Shown in pieces: positions 48,576 through 62,152 of a DNA stretch of 64,000 bases. The translations under genes and the position numbers were made by a program. Numbering within the stretch: the stretch's first letter is position 1; the number at the start of each line of letters is the position of its first letter. The notes below the pieces were generated by a model that saw only the letters and a list, made by a program, of their open reading frames with translations, was not told where the DNA came from and made no database searches. The DNA lies in contig JBHGNT010000007.1 in the NCBI GenBank assembly GCA_043228905.1, positions 17,112,001-17,176,000 of the forward strand, read 5' to 3'. Source of the DNA: Azolla caroliniana (lineage: Eukaryota; Plantae; Polypodiophyta).

Positions 48576-51500
48576 TGAGGTGATGGTGAAGATCGGGGAT
48601 GTGGAGATAGACCAAAATTTCTTTGTGCAAGATGAGGTCTCACACTCCATGATCCTCGGGCACCCCTTTATCACGGCTTCACGGATGGAGACAAAGGTGC
48701 TCAATAGCGGTGCAGCTTTTGCACGAATTCGGAGCCAAAACAGAAGGGAAATCCATCCAATTCCTAACTGTGCCGGCAAATCATGAAAGGAACAAGAGGG
48801 AGCTCTTGTCCCAAACGAAGATGGATTTTTAGATCGGACTGTTGCGGAGTGGGGAAGTGATAGTCCGAGAAGTCCTGATACCCCACATAGGAAGAAGACT
48901 CTCGGAGCAAAACAAGTACGAATCGGTCCGGATGGGGCATCAACGTACTCAACCATAGCCAGAGGAATGAAGAAAGAATATCGAAAGGTAGAGAGTAAGT
49001 TACGGTCGGCATCAATAATAAAAGAAGATGAAGAAATTGTGGGGGTAGTCGAAGAAGTGTTCTATGGGAGCACGTTACATCGGCTTGAAGAGCTTGTGGA
49101 GGGTAAAAACCAAGAAGACCAGGTAGTCCCGGTGGAATCGGTCGATCATTGCGAAAATGGGGCCGAATGCGTTCTGCAAAGAAGAAGTAATGGTAAGTAC
49201 GAAATACAAGACCGTGGAGAAGAAAGTGAAACCGGCCGCAGGACCGCTACCCGCCAATAGCGAACAAAAGAGGAAAGAAGTATTGGGAGATCCAACACTT
49301 CGAAAGTCCATGGATATCGACATGCCTTCTCGGATGAGACCCGGAAGAAATTTCGGATTGGTGGAGGTGGTTTCCTCTCACAAAAAGAACGGTTTCATGA
49401 GATGGTGGAACAACATGGAAAAGCATTTGCATTCACATCGAAGGAGATAGGGTGCGTTGATCCGAAGATAGTGGAGCCAATGGTGATCTTCACGATTGAC
49501 CATGTGCCGTGGAGCTTGAAGCCAATTCCGGTGCCGCGGGCGCATATTCCGAAAGTCATCGACTTGCTCAAGGAGAAGGTGGCGATGGGGATTCTAGAGC
49601 CATCAAACGCTCCGTACTCAAATTGATGGTTTACGGTTCTGAAGAAGAATGGATCACTCCGATTTATCCAAGACTTGCAACCGGTGAACAAGGTCACCAT
49701 CCGGAATTCCAGAGTCGGTCCGATAGTGGACGAATTTGCGGAAGCATTTGCCGGTCGCGCGATATACTCCATCGGAGACCTATACTCCGGATATGACCAA
49801 TTCCAACTAGCCGTGGAGAGCCGAGACATCACTACCATGCGAACACCGATAGGATTAGTTCGGATGTGTACGCTACCACAAGGTGCGACGAACTCAGTCG
49901 CACATATGATGAATGTGATGAACAAGGTGTTAGGGGATTGCATACCGGAGATAACGATGCCGTTCCTAGATGACATTTCGATGAAAGGGTGTGTGGTGGA
50001 AGAAAAAGATGAAGCTATGGATGAACGGGGATGCCGAAGGTTCATAGTCAACCATATCCGTGATTGTGGGAAAGAGTTACGGAAGTTAGAAGATGTGCAT
50101 CTAACACTTTCTGGAGAGAAATCTGCATTCAGACAAGAAGAAATATTGGTAGTCGGACATCTATGTGGGCCCTACGGCCGAAGACCGTCACCAACCAAGA
50201 TCGATGCGATTCAAGCTATGAAAGAAGTATGCGAGTCACAATCCGAAGTCTGAAGGTTTCTTGGAGCATGTGCATTCTATCACATATGGATTCCGCACTA
50301 CGCACATATTGTGGACCCGCTCTATCACTTGTTGCGGAAGGGGAAGAAGTTCGAATGGAAACCGGAACACACCGAAGCCATGAGGAAGCTCAAGAAAACA
50401 CTGCGGAGGGCTGAAGCTCTAAAGAAGCCGAACTATGACCGACCGGTTATAGTAACGATTGATACAAGTCCAACCAGAATCGGATGGGTCATCAATCAAC
50501 TCGACTCGGATGGTTCGCGATATCCGATCCGATTCGGAGCAAAGGTTCTCAACGAAAGGCAACGTGGGTATGCGCAAGTCAAAAGAGAATTATGGGGAGT
50601 CATGTCGGCAATCAAATCGGATTGAGATTATTTGATCAGAGCCGAAGTAGTGATCAAAACGGATTGTCTTCCGATACTCAGGATGATGCGGTGTTGTACT
50701 ATACCGGATGTGGCTATGTTAAGGTGGATTGCATATGTTAAATCACTTAATCCGAAGGTAAGACACATCTCCGGAAAAGACAATGCTGTAGCGGATATGC
50801 TATCAGGGGCGCGGTTCGGAGATGACATAACCGAATCCGATAATGAAGAAGCTTTTGAAGACTACTTAATTCAGAGCACATATGCCGGATGGACGTAATC
50901 CAAGAATTCTGGGAAGAAGAATACGAGGGAGAAAGCTTGTTGATCGGGAAAATGCTACGAGAAATCGAGGAATCATCAGACAACAAAGAGAAGAGAGCGA
51001 AGATCCGAAGTAAGAAACGGCAAGTCCGAAAATTCTTCTTGAAAAATGGATTTTTATGGAGGGAGCCGAAAAGACCGGGTGGCATACCACTTCGAGTAGT
51101 TGGGACAAAAGAGCAACGAAACTAGGTAATGTCTGAATTTCACGAATCTCATTGGGTTGGACATCGGGGAACATGGGCAACATTTGGGAAGATCAAGCAA
51201 AGATATTGGTGGAAGAATATGTACAAAGATGTCGCGGAGTTCACGGAAAGCTGCGAGAAGTGTCAAATCTACTCCGGAGTTCGACACCGAGATGAGTTAC
51301 ATCCGACATTCTCACCGACAATCAACTTCAAATGGATGGTCGACATTGTAGCCATGCCAACCGGGATCGGACAAAAGAAGTACTTGGTGTTAGCTCGGGA
51401 AGATCTCACAAATCAAGTAGAAGGTCGGGCGCTACGAAGAAAAACATGTTCTGTGGTATGTCAATTTCTTTTGGAAGAAGTGTTTTGCAGGTACAGGTGC

Positions 51501-53212
51501 GTAGGACAAGTGATTGCGGATCGGGGAGAACTTGACTCTGATAAAGCTAGGGGATTCTTCGCCAAACATGGAGTTCGGTTAACACTAACAACGGCATACA
51601 ATCCAGAAGCCAACGGGAAGGTCGAGCGAGGACATAGTCCGATCATCAAAGCACTTGCCAAAGCATGCGACGGAAGGGTGATGGATTGGCCGCAGATGCT
51701 CCCGTATGCACTATGGGCGGATCGGACGACGCATAGCTCCGTAACCGGTTATATGCCAGCAGAACTTATGACCGGAGAAGCACCGGAAATGCTGACGGAA
51801 ACCGCAATCGCGACATGGACAATGCTACCGTGGAAGGAAGAGATGAGCCGGGAAGAACTACTGGCGGTCCGGATACGACAACTGGAGGGAAGACCGGAAG
51901 ATGTAGCTGAAGTGTCACGCCGACAACAAGAAGCGCGACTCCGGAACAAAAGCCGGTTCGACACCAAGCACCGACTACGACCACGGAAGATTGAAGAAGG
52001 AGATTGGGTGATTGTCTATGACAGTAGTTTGGATCATCAACATACAATGGTACGGAAGTTCGCAAAAAGGTGGTTCGGCCCATATGAGGCTCGGAAAGTT
52101 TTCGACAACGGAACTTACCGACTAAGTGAGTTGGATGGAACGATACCACGAGTGCCTATAGCAGGGAAACGGGTGAAGATATTCAAGAAGCGGACTAACA
52201 ACGAATCTTATGTAGCCATAGACAAGACCGACAATGAGGAGCAACCGGACAAAGATCGCGGTGATGCAGATAGCGAAGAAAGTGGACTTCAACTCATAGT
52301 CGACATAAGGGAAGATTCGGAGAGCGATACGGATGGAGGCGAATATGGAACATCGGGAACTTCGGCACATATCGGAGGATGTGCGGGTTTAGAGGGGGTG
52401 AGTGTTGTAGTGTGATTTACACACTACGTGGAAATTGCATTTTGTCCATCCGGATAGAGAATGAAATACCCGGTGAGAACCGGACGAAGAGGAACCAGCA
52501 AGGAGGAATTGGCAAGGAAGAGCCGGATGAAGAAGGCCGGTGAGAATCTCTTACGGGATGAAGAGACACAATTGTAAATAAAAGAAACATTAAAATTTCT
52601 ATTACGTGCATAGGGCAGGATTGAAACCCTGCACCTCCACGCAAACAAACTCCAACCTTACCATTATACTAACTTATTCTGAGTGTTTTAAATATAGATT
52701 TAATACGTATAAAACCTTTATTTTCGCCTACCTTTATTAAAAGGTAAGTCATGCATTTTTAGAATGCGTGAAAACTTTATATGCACACTAATAAAATTAC
52801 GCATGCACATCTAGCGGGCATGAATGCTAAATTTAGGAAATCATAGTGGGAAAAGTAAAGCATCCAAATTTAGAGAGCATGAGCACTTTAGAAAAGCAAG
52901 AAGCTATGCTTAGCCTCTTCCATCCTTATATAAGGAGGAGAGAAAGATGTATAAGGGTTGGTTATTTTTTTGGATTAAGTATTGATCAATATAAAAATTA
53001 TTCGTGGGATTCACGATTTATGCATCTACTTCTTTCTTAACAACCTAAGTACCAATTAATATAGTATACTTGTGTGATTCACGAGTTTCTTATCTTTCTC
53101 TTTGCTATCTACTCATAATTAATCTCTATCTCATGATCCCCTTTCTCCTAGTCCAAAACCCCAGTGGTTCCCACCTGACTCATGTAACAATCCGGCGCCG
53201 AGAGGCACGACA
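48576..53212 (+). mobile_element. 5'-deleted Ty3/gypsy element nested in RT of F
   Basis: PR tail ILGHPF; RT DLYSGYDQF/LPQGATNSVAH/PFLDD; RNase H DTSP; IN ORF 51129-52415 (H..HRG..C..C, ADRGE, YNPEANGKVERGH, WFGPY). PPT at 52391-52400 and 3' LTR at 52403-53212. The left junction is a deletion that also removed host RT sequence. Confidence 0.9.
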
Positions 53213-56200
53213 ACGGTATTGACACTGTTGGACCGGTTTTGCGTCGGTCGCGAAATTGATCTTATGTTGATAGAACTTCGGATCTAACCCCTTCATGTCC
53301 TTGTGGGCCCAGGCGAACACATCTTTATACTTCTTGAGTAATGCTATCATCGTGTCTCTCTAATCTGGCAGTAATTCTTTTGTGATGGAGAGGAATCGGG
53401 GTTCTAACGTCGTACCCACGTTTACTTCTTCCAGGGTTGAGGCGGTGACTCACCGTGAAATTTCCATTTCCCTCTCGAACGCTCCCCATGCTTTGCTTAG
53501 TTCTAATATTGACTCTGGGTTTGGTTCGTAAGCTTCGTCATGGAGTGTAGCAGGCGTGGCATATTCCGTCGCGGTTTCGATGACGTCGATTTCGAACAGC
53601 GGAATAATCTGAGGGTGCTCGTCTAGGCATACCTCTAATTCTGTAGCATCCACCCCAGCCAACATATTTATATTCTCCACGTACAATGGTGTTATGCCCT
53701 TGGGTTGTGTTGCCATTTCCTCTGTTGGTACACGGACCTTGGTGCGTCCACGTCGAAAGCTGATACACTTGTGTTGCCAGCTCTGCTTGATATTCGCTGA
53801 ATGAAGCCACAGTCTGCCCAGCAGCATAGGATACGCTCCTGGAGCGTCAAGGGCGAGGACTACCGTCGAGATGTCGAAGCGATGTCCCCCCATGATAATG
53901 ACTACCTTGCGTATCAACCCCAATGGTCGTGCTGAGTGGGTATCTTCCATGCGAAGCCAAAACGGGCAAGCTTCCCATTCTGAAATTCCCAATTGTTCGC
54001 ATGTCTTCGCGCTAATTACATTAATGCCCGAGCCGCCATCGATTACGCATCTTGGGATTTCCTGACCGTGTAGTATCAACTTAATAGCCAGATTGTGATG
54101 ACCCAACGCTGATGTTCGTAAAATTCGCGGCGACGCTTACCCTAGGTCTGCCCGTCATCCGCTCTTCTACGGCCTGGCAGAACCATGGGACTAGTTGCAG
54201 TAGCTTCTCCATGGTTAACGTTATCTCGCAGCCTGTCAATGCTTTCCATATGGGGTCCGGAGATGTTCCCTCTTCCTCCAATAGTTCCACCGTGTTTGCG
54301 GACTCCTTCTGCATGCGTTCCGTATTTGCCGCGTTTGTTTTTTCAACCCATGCTTGGGTTGTCTGATGTATCTCATCTTGCACGACCCAATCAGAATTTT
54401 TTGTTTGTTGACGTGTTGTGACTTGTTGTACTTCCGTCATAATCGTATTGACGGCGGGCCCCTTGCCCTTGCGTACTGGGCATTGTGTGGCATAATGTCC
54501 GGGCTGTTGACAAACAAAACAATGGATGCTAGATTCACCCTTCTTGGCCCCTGGTGGTGTGTGCTGATCCCCAAGTGTGACTTGCTCCTCCCGGTCCTGA
54601 TTCGTTCGTTGGAGCGTACGCGGTGATTGTTGTTGGTCCCGGCGCAGTTCCTGGTGCCAGTCATCGTCCGAACTTTTGTCGTACCGCCATTGGTCCCGAT
54701 ACTGGCGATGCTTTCCATGAGGCCCATTGAAGCTGCCACGTTTGTTCGTTGGACGGTAATTCTCATAGCGTCGACCCCCTTTAGTATTTGAACGGCTGCC
54801 ACGGTAGTCTTCATCCTCCGGCTCGTCTTCCTCGGAATCATTGTGATTCCGACGATTCCAGTAGTGTCGGTCATCGCGTGGATTCCAATCCATATACTGT
54901 GGTCATTCTTCTTGCCTCCTTTGTTCATTACGGCGTGGGGGACGCTGTGTTTCCATGCTGCGTACTGTGGGCGTGAATCTGTTCAACATATTGTACTCGC
55001 ACTGCTCAACTGTGTGAGCTTTCGAATGACAGATTGGATAGTGGATTCACATGTTGCATTCCACTGCGGAATGCGCCGAATTCGAACAAATCGTGCATTG
55101 GATCGCCTGGCTAAAATGCCATTCCTCGTCTTGAGGTAACACTTGTCGTAATGAGGACATGGAAACCTTTCCTCTTCTTCGTCCAGCTCGAGCTGTAGCC
55201 CTCTTTCTATGACCATATCGGTCGTTTCCCCTTTCACGCTATTGTTGTTGAGCGTTGTCCGTATGGGTCGTCGTAATGCTGCCAGAAATTTCTCCCTAGC
55301 CTCGTCCTCCGTCGGGCCCTGTTCCAATTTCCGTCGTAGATTTTGGAATCGTAAACTGAAATCCGCTACCGTCTCGGTCGGCAACTGTTTAATTGTGTAA
55401 AATTGCCCGAGGATTTCGCGTTGCGGCACCCTCCGATGAAAAAAACGCAGAAAGGTTGACTGCAACTGGTTGAAGGTCGTGACTGCTGGCAAGTCCATCT
55501 GCGAATGCCAAAATGCCGCTCTCCCGTCCAAGGTTAATCCGAACTCCATCATTTTGGACTGGTGCGCTACTGCTTCGGAAAGGCTCTACGCCATGTGGTT
55601 TGCATTCCAGACATTGAGGAACAGTCAGATGTGGGTTGCGGCGTCGGTTTCGCCGTTGAAGCGAGGATAAGCAAAGGCCATGCTAGATGCTACGGCGGGC
55701 ACGGAAAGACCACAATGCTTTTGTGGTGAGCGCGCTTCTTGCGTATCGCCGAGGTATTTGGGGAGCGAGAAATCGTCTTTGTGGTCCCAACAGGTATCAC
55801 TGAGGTCACTGAGGCGAGGCTTTTGCCGTGCATGTTCCTCTGCCTGGCGTGTGATGGACCTTGTGATTGGTCAGTCTGGTCGTGTTGGTTCTCTGGGGCG
55901 TATGCGGTAAACATCCATTCGTAGTTGTTCATCTATGAGAAGACACAGATCACCAAGCGTGCCAAAAGCGTTACCGATTAGGAACACAGTCTACGGTCAG
56001 TCCTTCAACGTAGACCTCAAAGCGACTATGTTGCAACGAATGGTATGGTCATAGCGTAATACTTAGTGGGATACCTCCCGTAACCTAGTAGCGTATAAGG
56101 GAGACGGCTACAACCGAACTCCTTAGACAGCAGACTAGCAACCACACTGTTACTCACGCCTACACTCTTACGACTACACTACGCTACCAAGGATCACAAA

Positions 56201-57514
56201 CACACTGTAGATTAACCACAGATACGCATAAATATCAGAGAAGATAGAACTCTATTAAGATACGCTTCTTACATTCAAAATTACACGCTACCTCTATTAG
56301 AGGATTTCTGTCCTTTATATACACAGGGTCTTTTTAGCCGTTCACGCTCCCCGTGTGAACTGTTAACATACGTTACAATTTTACTACATTATATTCCTGC
56401 GCTCTTGTCCGTCGGTTACTATTCCGGCGGACAACAATTTTCGCCTCTCGCCATGGTGGTATTGCAAAAAATGCGACATGGAAACACATTTACGTAGGGC
56501 ACATGGAATTGACATAGTCCTAGCACGAGGGATGCACATAGAGGAGGAGGAGGGTACTTTGGGGGCATGATTTAATAGCTATGAGTGTCAGAGGTCACTC
56601 CGAAGATTCATGGATCTCAAAATCAAGTACCATAGAAATCGAAGTCACACATCCGGAAGTTGAAGTTTAGGGTTGTTTTGAGGTACAACTCTATTCCTGT
56701 TGAACTCCAACTTGACACGGAGGCAGAGTTCGTGGCGCAATTTATGGACCACGAGATAGCCATCTACAACTCCAAAAAAGACAAGCAGTTGGAGGTGTTG
56801 AAGAAAAAGATTGCATCCGGTTTGGATTCTTATGTAAGTATGAGCGAGGATTTCATTCTTGATATGCGTTGAAGGGTTTTATTGTCAGAATTTATATAAT
56901 AACACGTGTCTTTTACGTGATGAAGACTATACAGATGTTGATTGAGGAGTTCTTATGAGGACGGACATCTCCGACTTTTGTAAGTGTAATTGCAAATGTC
57001 TTATTCATGTGGTTTATGTATAACTGTGTTATTATATATTTGGTGACAGGCCACAAAGATGTGGTTCACCAAACACGAAGTGGATTCACTTTGGATTCAT
57101 GTGGACGAGTGGGCATGAAGGGTACTGGGATTTGCACCTGCTCCCGGTGTATAGAAATTTTATCATGGCTATCATGGCCACATATATTAGACCTTGGTTG
57201 TCATATAATGGATATTATGTATACGAAGAGTATTGTAAATATTGTCATATTATTTGTACCGGAGCAGATGTTGTACATGTGGTATTACATTTTGTTATAG
57301 ACGGATGTTGTAATATGGTCACCACTTTTTGTATAGTGAGTAGCGACTCATTGTATATTGAAAATTACCGATTAATGGAAAAGTTGTTTTAGACTCAAAG
57401 ATATGTTGTTTTCTCACTCATAGTGTGATTTGTGTCTTCTGTATTTCAAAGATATCATGTTGTTTTCATACATATGTTTTAGCTTCAAAGCTATGTTGTT
57501 TTCTTAGTCATAGT

Positions 57515-60500
57515 TGTTACCGGCCGGCAAAGGAGTCCAGAGTGGGAAACGGAGAGTTAATTGAGTAGTTGGAATATGGTTGTAATTAAGCTATGAGTGT
57601 GGATGGACGGACCGGAATCGGTATGCCGTTCCGGATCCGAACCGATCCCGAACAGGTGCGGATGGCACCGTTTTGTAATACAGACCGGAAACCTATTTAA
57701 AGGCCCGGATACAATGTAATAGTTAGCGGTTAATTAATGAAAGCTTAAGCGTTGTTATCTCTCTGTGTTAATTGCCGTTCTGTCTTAATTGTTATATCTT
57801 ACGCGTGTTATGAAAGACGATCCTAATAAGTAACTTAATTAAGTCGGATTAAGCGTTGAAGTCTAATCTGGTTGCCGTAACACCCTTTGGTGAAGTGTCT
57901 CCCGTAGACACCCTGTGTTAGGCCATTGTCCGGCCCGAAGAGTTAACATAGTTTTTGGTGACCACGATTCCTGTTTTGGCGATCAACACACGACCTGGTT
58001 ACAGATCGAACTCGATGCCTTGCCGAAAGGCAAAGGAGACGCGAGGCTTTCCAGCAAGCGGCGCAGGAAATTAGAGCGGATCGCTCGTTTTCCAACGTAA
58101 TCCGGCGAGTAGCGGAGGACTCCCTCTGGTTACAGCAAACATCGCACCCGAACGACTGCAGCAGCCTAAGCAGCCTCCGGGAAACCGAATCCCTTCTCCA
58201 CGCGTTGGCAAACGGAGAAGGCGAAGCAGAAGCCTTTTCAGCATATGAATCGGACTCCGAAGGGGAATACAGCGTGCACACAAACTACCGTAGCAGCAAC
58301 GAAACCCCGGGCGGACCGGAGGACGAAGGATCGGATACCTTACCGACACCGGAACCGGAAGTGGTAACGCTAGAACCCCCGGAACCAACAGAGGAAGAGC
58401 GACCTCCGACACCGGAAGTCGAAGAGGAGAGGCCTCCGTCACCAAAGGAAGAGGAAAAACCACCGATGCCGGAAACAAATCAGGAAAGACCACCGACACC
58501 GGAGAAGATTCCGGAATGAGCACCAACACTGCCAGCCCGCGAACCAATACCGGACGACGACATGTCGTTCCAGTACTCCAAGTATAGAGATGATCCGGAC
58601 GCGGAAGCTCATGTGCACGCCTTTGAACAGACATGGGAAGCCAACCATGTGTCCCAGCGATTGACCCCGGAGGAAGAAGAACGCTTTAAGATAGCGGAAT
58701 TTGGCGTCACATTGGAGGGACCGGCAGCAAGATGGCGCTGGACGCAGGACCCGTCTACCATCAACACCTTTGCAGATTTAAAAGCTAAATTCTTGCATTT
58801 TTTCAAAAGGAGGTGGACCAGACCGTAATGGTAGGCTTATTTTATACCATCCGGCAAGAGGCAGGGGAGAGCATTCCCCAATTTGTCATCCGGTTTCAAC
58901 GGATGCATAGTCAGCTTGCCCGCGCACCCCCGGAAGAGGAATTACAAACTATATTCCTAAACGCTCTTCGGGAACCCCTACGCACGGTTTGCACGGTAAT
59001 CGACTTCCGCACAAGTACCATCGACCATGTCATTGACCGGGTGAAAGAGATGGAAAAGACAAGCTCCTGGCTCACACTGGGAGCACTTCAACGGGCGTTA
59101 CCATTCGATGAAGACCTCCGGTTTCGGCAAGCAATACAGTGCACAACCTGCTTAAATTCCGGACACTCGGCTCTAGAATGCACTATGAGGACACAATGTG
59201 TAATCTGTCAATCCAAGAGCCATACGACGGATAGGTGCGAGTATAATCTGTTGAATCGGCAAGCACCGCCCGTCCGACAAATTGAGCCACGCAGCAGCTG
59301 GGATGAAGAAGACGAACGCTGGCGGCGAATGGACCGCGACCGACCGGCACAGGATGTCCGGTATGGCGATCGACGGGAGAATGATGTCCGGTACGGTGAT
59401 CGGCGGGATAACTATGACCGGCATGATCGGTACCAGGATTACAATAGACGATACGAACATTACGACCGGGAGCACTCCCCCGGGTATCGTCAGCAACGGG
59501 AGGAATACAGCAGATATAACGGGCAACCCCGTCAAGAGTACCGTAATAAGAAGGGCTATAACAAAAAACGACATTTTAAAAAAGGCGGCTACCCCCGGGA
59601 TCCGAAACAAGGAGCTCCAAGCAGCCAACCGGTACAAAACCCCGCCCGTACCGCAGGACCTGCCCCGGGTACAACAGACAATGCCGAATCTAGCAATACC
59701 AGGAAGGCCTACTGCTACTACTGCCGACAGGAAGGCCATTATAGTAACCAATGCCCGGTGAAGAGCTATGAAAAACGACCGGCGGTAAATATGGTAGTCC
59801 TTGAGGTGGCAGATCTGCAGCAGGTGACCACAAGGTCGAAGGGCATGGCGAAAGAATGGGAGACACAGGAGACCATCCGGAAACAAGCAACGGAATGGGT
59901 AAAGAAAGCAAACAAGCAGAATGTCACAGACTTACAGCGGCAAAAGGAGAACACCGCAGGGCTTGCCGACGGTAATCACTCCGAGAACGAGACATGGCAG
60001 GCGTTGCAAGAATGCCAGATTACGTTACCACTAGGAAGACTCCTACAACTCGTGCCAAGATTCACGGAAGGACTGAAGACAGCCATGACGGCAGGAGAAC
60101 CATCACTGGCATCGGTACTCTTCTCGAATCCGGAGGAGGGACCAACGGTGGTGGACACCAGCAGTCCGGTAATCACTGCCATTGTAAAAGGGAAAGAACT
60201 CCCTGGCACAGTTATAGACGGAGGCTCTGGGGTGAATGTAACAAGCCTCTAGACGTGCGATGACCTAGGAATCCACAAGTGGGAGCCGTGTCCGTTCTGG
60301 TTGTGGATGGCCGATACAAGCTCAGTGTGGCCGACAGGATTAATACGGAAATTAGAAGTCGCCGTCGGCGGTCATACATTTCACATCTCGGCCGTAGTGC
60401 TACAATTACAGGCACAAGGCGCATACCCGCTATTGCTGGGGCGGCCATGGTTGAAAACGGCACATATCAAACAGAATTGGCGAAAAAATATAATTACCTT

Positions 60501-61158
60501 CCGGCGAGGAAAAGCCAAGGTACGGGTACCAACACAGCCAAGGACAAGCACTGGCAAGGAATGTACACCGTTGTATGCGGAATGCGTCAACATGCTAGAA
60601 GGGTTAGCGGACGAAGAAGAAGCTCAGTACCTGCAGGAAAACCCGAAGATCATACCCCTCTTCGAAATTGACATTGCCGAAGCAGTAGCACCATACTTAC
60701 CGCAACCGGAAGAGGCTGAAGCAGAACCGGATAAAGACGCAATCCGGGAGTTACGGCAAGCGCAGGAAGCGTTGGAACGGGAAATGGCCGTTTCACAGCG
60801 CGTAAAAGCATCGCAACTGGAAGAGGTGAATTTAGGGACCACGGACGAAGCAAAACCAGTGCACATCGCCAAGGAGATGAAATCCAAAGACAGAACAGCA
60901 ATTAACACACAGAGATAACAACGCTTAAGCTTTCATTAATTAACCGCTAACTATTACATTGTATCTGGGCCTTTAAATAGGTTTCCGGTCTATATTACAA
61001 AACGGTGCCATCCGCACCTATTCGGGATCGGTTCGGATCCGGAACGGCATACCGATTCCGGTCCGTCCGTCCACACTCATAGCTTAATTACAACCATATT
61101 CCAACTACTCAATTAACTCTCCGTTTCCCACTCTGGACTCCTTTGCCGGCCGGTAACA
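57515..61158 (+). mobile_element. Gypsy derivative G: 5' LTR + gag + PR, ended by an inverted partial LTR
   Basis: 5' LTR 57515-57948; PBS TGGTGACCACGA at 57956; gag and PR (IDGGSG) homologous to element F. 60887-61158 is the reverse complement of 57515-57786. TSD ATAGT at 57510-57514 and 61159-61163. Confidence 0.93.
58205..60890 (+). pseudogene. gag-protease of element G (frameshifts/stops, truncated before RT)
   Basis: AHVHAFEQTWEAN, EFGVTLEGPAARW, CYYCRQEGHYSNQC knuckle, VIDGGSGVNV and YPLLLGRPWL. Confidence 0.88.
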
Positions 61159-61204
61159 ATAGTGTGATTTGTGTATGTCGTTTTCATATATATGTTATTT
61201 CATA

Positions 61205-61915
61205 ACTATTCAGGTTGCCCAACCCTCTTAAATATGGTCTCCCAAGCATTCTTAAAAAATATATCTTCTCATGAATCAAGTCTCCCAACCCTCTTAAAAA
61301 ACATCTCTTCTCATAAACAGGTTGCCCAACCTGTTTTAATATGGTCACCCAACCTATCAAATAAGTCACCCAACCTATTACTCAAGTAACCCTATTGTAT
61401 AAATCAGGTCTCCCAACCCTCGTAAAAAACATCTCTTCTCATAAACAGGTTGCCCAACTTGTTTTAATATGGTCACCCAACCTATTACTCAGGTCACCCT
61501 ATTGTATAAATCAAGTCTCCCAACCCTCTTAAAAAACATCTTCTCATAAATAGGTTGCCCAACTTGTTTTAATATGGTCACCCAACCTATTAAATAAGTC
61601 TCCCAACCCTCTTAAAAAACATCTCTTCTCATAAATAGATTGCCCAACTTGTTTTAATATGGTCACCCAACCTATTAAACAGGTCGCTCAACCTATTACT
61701 CATGTCACCCTATTGTATAAATCAGGTCTCCCAACCCTCTTAAAAAACATCTCTTCTCATAAACAGGTTGCCAAACCTATTTTAATATGGTCACCCAACC
61801 TATTACTCACGTCGCCCTATTGTATAAATCTGGTCTCCCGACCCTCTTAAAAAACTTCTCTTCTCATAAACAAGGTGCCCAACCTGTTTTAATATGGTCG
61901 CCCAACCTGTTTAAA
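61205..61915. repeat. Complex minisatellite built from CCCAACC subunits
   Basis: A recurrent ~70-130-bp block CCCAACCCTCTTAAAAAACATCTCTTCTCATAAACAGGTTGCCCAAC.TGTTTTAATATGGTCACCCAACC occurs about 6-7 times. Confidence 0.9.
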
Positions 61916-62152
61916 AAAGAAACGGCCAAAAAACGGTCATATTAAGCAATAAATTAATCATATTTTAAGTCACATTAATCCCTAAACCCCTTCTTGGTAA
62001 TTAGAGTTGATTCATCCTCCAATTAATTATAGAGTCACACTTAATTCATATTGTCATAGAGGCACATCTTAATCATACTCTAGCTAATTACATTGATTCT
62101 GTCTTAAATTTTCAATTATGAACATTTTGTTATCTGATTAATCACTAATAGA

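Larger units (their letters stand above)
42737..56436 (-). mobile_element. Degenerate non-chromovirus Ty3/gypsy element F (Phygy/Athila-Tat-like) with extra 3' ORF
   Basis: LTRs at 42737-43193 (U3 start and PPT deleted) and 55969-56436. PBS TGGCACGCTTGGTG on minus at ~55951-55964. Flanks ATTGT/ATTTT. gag ~54100-55930, PR (IDGGSG) 53450-54106, RT/RH 47425-48575, IN ~46260-47400. Confidence 0.9.

Noticed and set aside
56660-56872. 70-aa ORF between elements F and G
   Set aside because: No recognisable domain; probably a fragment of the decayed host element.
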